From contig JAMPXJ010000017.1 of assembly GCA_023701205.1 (NCBI GenBank), forward strand, positions 1 to 64,000: a stretch of 64,000 nt of DNA. Direction: 5' to 3'. Both the position numbers and the translations under genes were made by a program. The DNA is from Oligoflexia bacterium. GTDB lineage: Bacteria; Bdellovibrionota; UBA1018. Shown here piece by piece: positions 60,460 to 64,000 of this stretch. Position 1 is the first letter of the stretch. Each line of letters opens with the position of its first letter. The notes beneath the pieces were generated by a model. That model saw only the letters and a program-made list of their open reading frames with translations, was not told where the DNA came from and did not search any database.

Positions 60460-60822
60460 TTAGTTAGCCGGAGCCAACGAGCGGACCTGATCGACGATCG
60501 CCTTGAAAGCAGGAGCATCGTTGATCGCGATATCCGAAAGGATCTTGCGATCCAGCTTGATCTCGGCCTTCTTCAAGGCGGCGATCAGGCGGCTATAGCT
60601 GATGTCGTTCGTGTTCGCGGCAGCCGAAAGGCGGGCGATCCAGAGCGTACGGAAATCACGCTTCTTGGCGCGACGATCGCGATAAGCATAGATGAAAGCG
60701 CGATCCACCGCTTCCGCGGTACGCTTATAGAGATTCTTGCGACCGAGAACGAATCCTTCGGCGCGCTTCAGGACTTTATTGTGACGTCGGCGGCGTTTAA
60801 AACCACGTTTTGCGCGAGGCAT
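60460..60822 (-). CDS. rplT: 50S ribosomal protein L20
   Basis: MPRAKRGFKRRRRHNKVLKRAEGF...YAYRDRRAKKRDFRTLWIARL is the canonical L20 sequence. Confidence 0.95.
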   Translation of the reverse strand: MPRAKRGFKRRRRHNKVLKRAEGFVLGRKNLYKRTAEAVDRAFIYAYRDRRAKKRDFRTLWIARLSAAANTNDISYSRLIAALKKAEIKLDRKILSDIAINDAPAFKAIVDQVRSLAPAN

Positions 60823-60855
60823 TGAGACTACTCCTTAACTCACGGAATGAAATGA

Positions 60856-61056
60856 TTAGCGGGATCCGTAGGGCATGCACCTTTCGGCATGTCCCTCGTC
60901 GCCTTTGAACAGGTATCCGGCCGAACGGAGCTTCAGCTTCCGAGCCGCATTCTTGCTTCCCAAATTGTGGCGCTTATTGGTTCTCTTGAACTTAACTTTG
61001 CCGGTGGCCGTGAAGGAAAATCTCTTTGCAGCAGCCTTTTTCGTCTTCAGTTTCAT
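60856..61056 (-). CDS. rpmI: 50S ribosomal protein L35
   Basis: 66 aa, Lys/Arg-rich, MKLKTKKAAAKRF.......KFKRTNKRHNL is the L35 pattern. It sits between infC and rplT. Confidence 0.85.
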   Translation of the reverse strand: MKLKTKKAAAKRFSFTATGKVKFKRTNKRHNLGSKNAARKLKLRSAGYLFKGDEGHAERCMPYGSR

Positions 61057-61281
61057 CGCAACTTCCTCAGCAGTTTCTCAGCAGGAGCTCCAGATCTCCC
61101 GGAGCCTTCAAAAATTCCAAAAATTGAACGCCGACCACCGGCAAAACCGTTCTTTCAACCAGGCAACCATTGGCAAGCCAACCATGCCAGATAGCACTGG
61201 AAAACAGCACACCTTGCGATCAGCAAGGTTTGCACCCTACTCTATCCACCTTTAAGCCGTCAAGAAATTAGAGCAGCCGGT

Positions 61282-61983
61282 TCAGCTTTCGGAACTGCCC
61301 CCGCCCACCGCCTTGATCGGGCTCTTTTCAGCCGGCTTGACGGCGGATTCAGACTTGCCGCCACCAGGTTTCTTGGCCGCAGGTGCCAGAACCATGATCA
61401 GCTTCTTGCCTTCCAGCTTCGGGGTGGCTTCCACCACCGCGATGTCCTTCACGAGTTCGGACAGCTGCTTCATGATCTTGAAGCCCTGATCGACGTAGGT
61501 GATTTCACGACCCCGGAACATGATCGTGATCTTGGCCTTGTCTCCGTCCAGGAGAAACTGCCGCACGTTCTTGAATTTATACTCCAGATCGTGCTCTTCG
61601 GTCTGAGGCCGGAGCTGAACCTCCTTGACCTTGATCACCGTCTGCTTTTTCTTGGCGACCTGCTCTTTCTTCTTTTTCTCGTACTTGAACTTGCCGTAAT
61701 CGCAGATCTTGCAGACGGGAGGCTGTGCCGTCGGAGAGATTTCCATCAGATCCAAGCCGCGATCGCGCGCCATCTGCAAAGCTTCATGAGTCGGAACGAT
61801 TCCGACCTGCTGGCCGTTCTCGTCGATCAGGCGTACCTGGGGAACTCGAATCCTTTCGTTGATTCGATGTTCGTCTTTGTTCTGGTGAGGAATCGGCCCG
61901 CGAGGAAACCGGGGGCGCGGAAAACCTGGAGGACCTGAGGGGCCGGGGGGAGGGCTAGAAGGACTGGATGGATGAAATGCCAT
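61282..61983 (-). CDS. infC: Translation initiation factor IF-3; true start uncertain, possibly the AUU codon of the in-frame I (GPIPH) near 61893
   Basis: VRLIDENGQQVGIVPTHEALQMARDRGLDLMEISPTAQPPVCKICDYGKFKYE matches the IF3 N-domain, and the C-domain (KVKEVQLRPQTEEHDLEYK...ITIMFRGRE) follows. The ATG-defined ORF adds an unusual Pro-rich 30-aa N-terminus (PSSPSSPPPGPSGPPGFPRPRFPRGP). IF3 genes classically start at AUU, so an in-frame ATT about 25 codons before VRLIDE is a candidate. There is also a Lys/Gly-rich C-terminal tail. Confidence 0.85.
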   Translation of the reverse strand: MAFHPSSPSSPPPGPSGPPGFPRPRFPRGPIPHQNKDEHRINERIRVPQVRLIDENGQQVGIVPTHEALQMARDRGLDLMEISPTAQPPVCKICDYGKFKYEKKKKEQVAKKKQTVIKVKEVQLRPQTEEHDLEYKFKNVRQFLLDGDKAKITIMFRGREITYVDQGFKIMKQLSELVKDIAVVEATPKLEGKKLIMVLAPAAKKPGGGKSESAVKPAEKSPIKAVGGGSSES

Positions 61984-62130
61984 TCGTAAATTGTTTTATT
62001 GATCTGTCCGCGGCGAGCAGCCCAAAAATCTGCCCCCGGAGACGCTATCTCCTTTTCTAACTCAGGGATAACCGACCGGAATTCCAGTGTCAAGCCTTCA
62101 GGCCGCTCACCATTGCCGGGATGAGGGGCA

Positions 62131-62526
62131 TCAGGAGCCGGACTGGGCGGACTTCTTCTTTGCTCCCGTCGACTTCGCAGCCGGCCGAGCGGGCTTCTTC
62201 TTGGCGGTTTTCGGCTTGCTGGAGCTCACCTTGCGGGCGCTATTGAGAAGTTTTTCGAGTTCCTTGCGCTGCTTCGCAAGCAGGGTCTTGAAGCGTTTGA
62301 GCTCCGACGGGATCTGCTTCTGGAACTTCTCGAGCTCTTTGCGCTCGCGCTCGACGAACGATTTGACTCGGTTGAGATCGGTATTGATGAGCTTCTTGAC
62401 TTCGTGGCTCTGGCGCTCGGCGTATTTCCGCACCTCGTCCATCCAGTCCTGGTTGCTCAAGACCTTCTGGAGTTGCTCCTGCGCGACTTTCACCCGATCC
62501 ACGATTTTCTTGATTTCACCGTTCAT
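62131..62526 (-). CDS. Hypothetical coiled-coil protein with a Lys/Ala-rich tail (histone-H1-like or phasin-like)
   Basis: 131 aa. The N-terminal ~100 aa are heptad-like (KVAQEQLQKVLSNQDWMDEVRKYAERQSHEVKKL...). The C-terminus reads KPKTAKKKPARPAAKSTGAKKKSAQSGS. On the reverse strand an RBS (aagaggag) and a -35/-10 pair (tttaca-17nt-tataga) lie upstream. Confidence 0.5.
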   Translation of the reverse strand: MNGEIKKIVDRVKVAQEQLQKVLSNQDWMDEVRKYAERQSHEVKKLINTDLNRVKSFVERERKELEKFQKQIPSELKRFKTLLAKQRKELEKLLNSARKVSSSKPKTAKKKPARPAAKSTGAKKKSAQSGS

Positions 62527-62556
62527 GACCTGAGCTCCTCTTTTTTAATGCAATGC

Positions 62557-62585
62557 ATCTATATCCATTCCGAGCAGCATTGTAA
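62557..62585 (-). promoter_or_regulatory. Putative sigma-70-like promoter of the 62131..62526 gene
   Basis: The reverse-strand sequence tttacaatgctgctcggaatggatataga has a -35 TTTACA, a 17-nt spacer and a -10 TATAGA, 25-30 nt upstream of the ATG, in an AT-richer spacer. Confidence 0.3.
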
Positions 62586-62590
62586 AGCCG

Positions 62591-64000
62591 CTACTGGGTC
62601 CAAACTTTCGCGACAGGTATTCTCCGTCCGATGCCAAAGGCCTTGGGGCTGATCTTCAGGACGGGAGCGGACTGCCGGCGCTTATACTCGTTCAGCTCGA
62701 GCTTACGCAGAACCTCCCGGATCCAGTTCGGGTTGCTGGCAAAATAACCTTTTGCAGAGACTTGATCCAAAAGGTGTTTTTCGATTTCTTCTACCGACAG
62801 CCTTTTTTCGACGTAATCCTCGATGACCTGATCCAGGAGCTCATAAGGCGGAAGGGTATCCTGATCCGTCTGATTGGGCCGAAGCTCCGCCGAAGGAGCC
62901 TTGGTCAAGCTACGCTCCGGGATAGGATTCCCCCAGCTCGCGTTGATGTGCCTGGCAAGCTCGTAGACCCGAACCTTGAGAATGTCCCCGAGCGGCGCCA
63001 AGGCGCCGCACATATCGCCATAAAGCGTGCAGTAGCCCATCGCCAGCTCGGACTTGTTGCCCGTAGTCAGCACGAGCGAACCGTAATGGTTCGAAAGCGT
63101 CATCAGGATATTGCCGCGAAGGCGGCTCTGGAGATTCTCCTGCGCCAGAGGCGCCAGTGTGCCGCGATTTTCCGAAAGCTCGCGCAGGCTGGTCGAGAAA
63201 AGGAACTTGATCGGGCGCACCTCGAAGCGCAGACCGAGATTCCGGGCCAGCTGCTCGGCATCCTCAAGACTATGCCCAGAAGAATACTGGCTCGGCATCG
63301 CCACTCCGAGAACGTTCTGCGGGCCGAGTGCGCGGGCCGCGAGGGTGGCGACCACCGCCGAATCGATTCCGCCACTCAGCCCGAGGATGGCCGTCTGGAA
63401 GCGGTTGATCGCGAAATAGTCGCGAATTCCCACCACCAGCCCCCGGCACAACGCCTCGATTTCGCTCGGCGCCTCGTCTTCGCGCTCCGGGCCGGGAGGC
63501 AGGTTCCACCTGGCGTCGGACTCGGAGAACTCGACGACTCCGAGCGATGCCTGGAATACCGGAAGCCGCCCCAGAAGCCTTCCGGAGGAGTCGAGGGCGA
63601 AGGAGCCTCCGTCAAAGAGGATCTCGTCCGTGGCGCCTACCTGATTCACGTAGATCAGCGGCACTCCGAGCTCCCGGGCGATCTCGCGATGGAGCTCTTC
63701 CCGTCGCGATCGCTTCCCCAGGACATACGGGCTCGCCGAAAGCGATACGAGCAGATCGGCTTTCTGGGTCCGATAAGCCTCTATGGGATCATTCCGATAG
63801 AGCCGTCGCTCAAAAGCGGGATCCTTGGCCCAGAGATCCTCGCAGATCGCGAACGCGATCCTCTTGCCCCCGCGACTCCAGAGCTTGGCCTCGGCAGCGG
63901 GCTCGAAGTATCGGGTTTCATCGAAAACGTCGTAGGTCGGGAGCAGCGACTTCGCCTGCCGGAATGCGACCTTTCCATCCTCGAGCACGGACACGACGTT
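62591..64000 (-). CDS. nadE: Glutamine-dependent NAD+ synthetase; C-terminal part, with the N-terminus beyond the window end
   Basis: An N-terminal CN-hydrolase portion (AFAICEDLW...) is followed by the NAD-synthetase PP-loop LGLSGGIDSAVVA, then TGNKSELAMGYCTLYGD and a C-terminal EYKRRQSAPVLKIS. The ORF is still open at position 64000. Confidence 0.85.
   Translation of the reverse strand, partial: NVVSVLEDGKVAFRQAKSLLPTYDVFDETRYFEPAAEAKLWSRGGKRIAFAICEDLWAKDPAFERRLYRNDPIEAYRTQKADLLVSLSASPYVLGKRSRREELHREIARELGVPLIYVNQVGATDEILFDGGSFALDSSGRLLGRLPVFQASLGVVEFSESDARWNLPPGPEREDEAPSEIEALCRGLVVGIRDYFAINRFQTAILGLSGGIDSAVVATLAARALGPQNVLGVAMPSQYSSGHSLEDAEQLARNLGLRFEVRPIKFLFSTSLRELSENRGTLAPLAQENLQSRLRGNILMTLSNHYGSLVLTTGNKSELAMGYCTLYGDMCGALAPLGDILKVRVYELARHINASWGNPIPERSLTKAPSAELRPNQTDQDTLPPYELLDQVIEDYVEKRLSVEEIEKHLLDQVSAKGYFASNPNWIREVLRKLELNEYKRRQSAPVLKISPKAFGIGRRIPVAKVWTQ

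Overview
This is a high-GC (about 65%) bacterial chromosomal segment with about 60 genes, dense coding and no rRNA, tRNA, CRISPR, transposase or integrase. Lineage is an inference only: the gene content (TIGR02147-like protein, CarD/CdnL regulator, many secreted zinc proteases, a full type II secretion operon) suggests a deltaproteobacteria-like bacterium (Bdellovibrionota/Myxococcota/Bradymonadota type). The backbone is housekeeping: yajC-tgt and queA (queuosine), uvrC, uvrB, cysS, carD, acyl-CoA dehydrogenase, a complete gspCDEFGHIJKLMN type II secretion operon, a Phe/Tyr catabolic cluster (phhA-like, aminotransferase, hppD, hmgA, FAH), and infC-rpmI-rplT-pheS-pheT-ihfA-merR followed by nadE. 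Between these sit accessory-looking modules; items 2-5 also have lower GC than the roughly 68% of queA:

1. A lipoprotein metzincin-type zinc protease.
2. A histidine kinase / periplasmic binding protein / response regulator module.
3. A Zn-ribbon + degenerate UDG-fold + SPFH trio.
4. A GHKL-ATPase / Ig-like-domain protein directly downstream of uvrC.
5. An outer-membrane barrel, a TIGR02147-like protein and a divergent pair of paralogous secreted proteins, one with an intact HExxH and one degenerate.
6. A decayed class-I glutamine amidotransferase remnant.
7. A polyprenyl synthase and GshB-like ATP-grasp ligase translationally coupled to the end of the T2SS operon.

Many long antisense ORFs in the six-frame track are high-GC artefacts. 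I found no single strong candidate for a new system; the GHKL/uvrC pair, the TIGR02147/paralog locus and the Zn-ribbon/UDG/SPFH trio rank highest.
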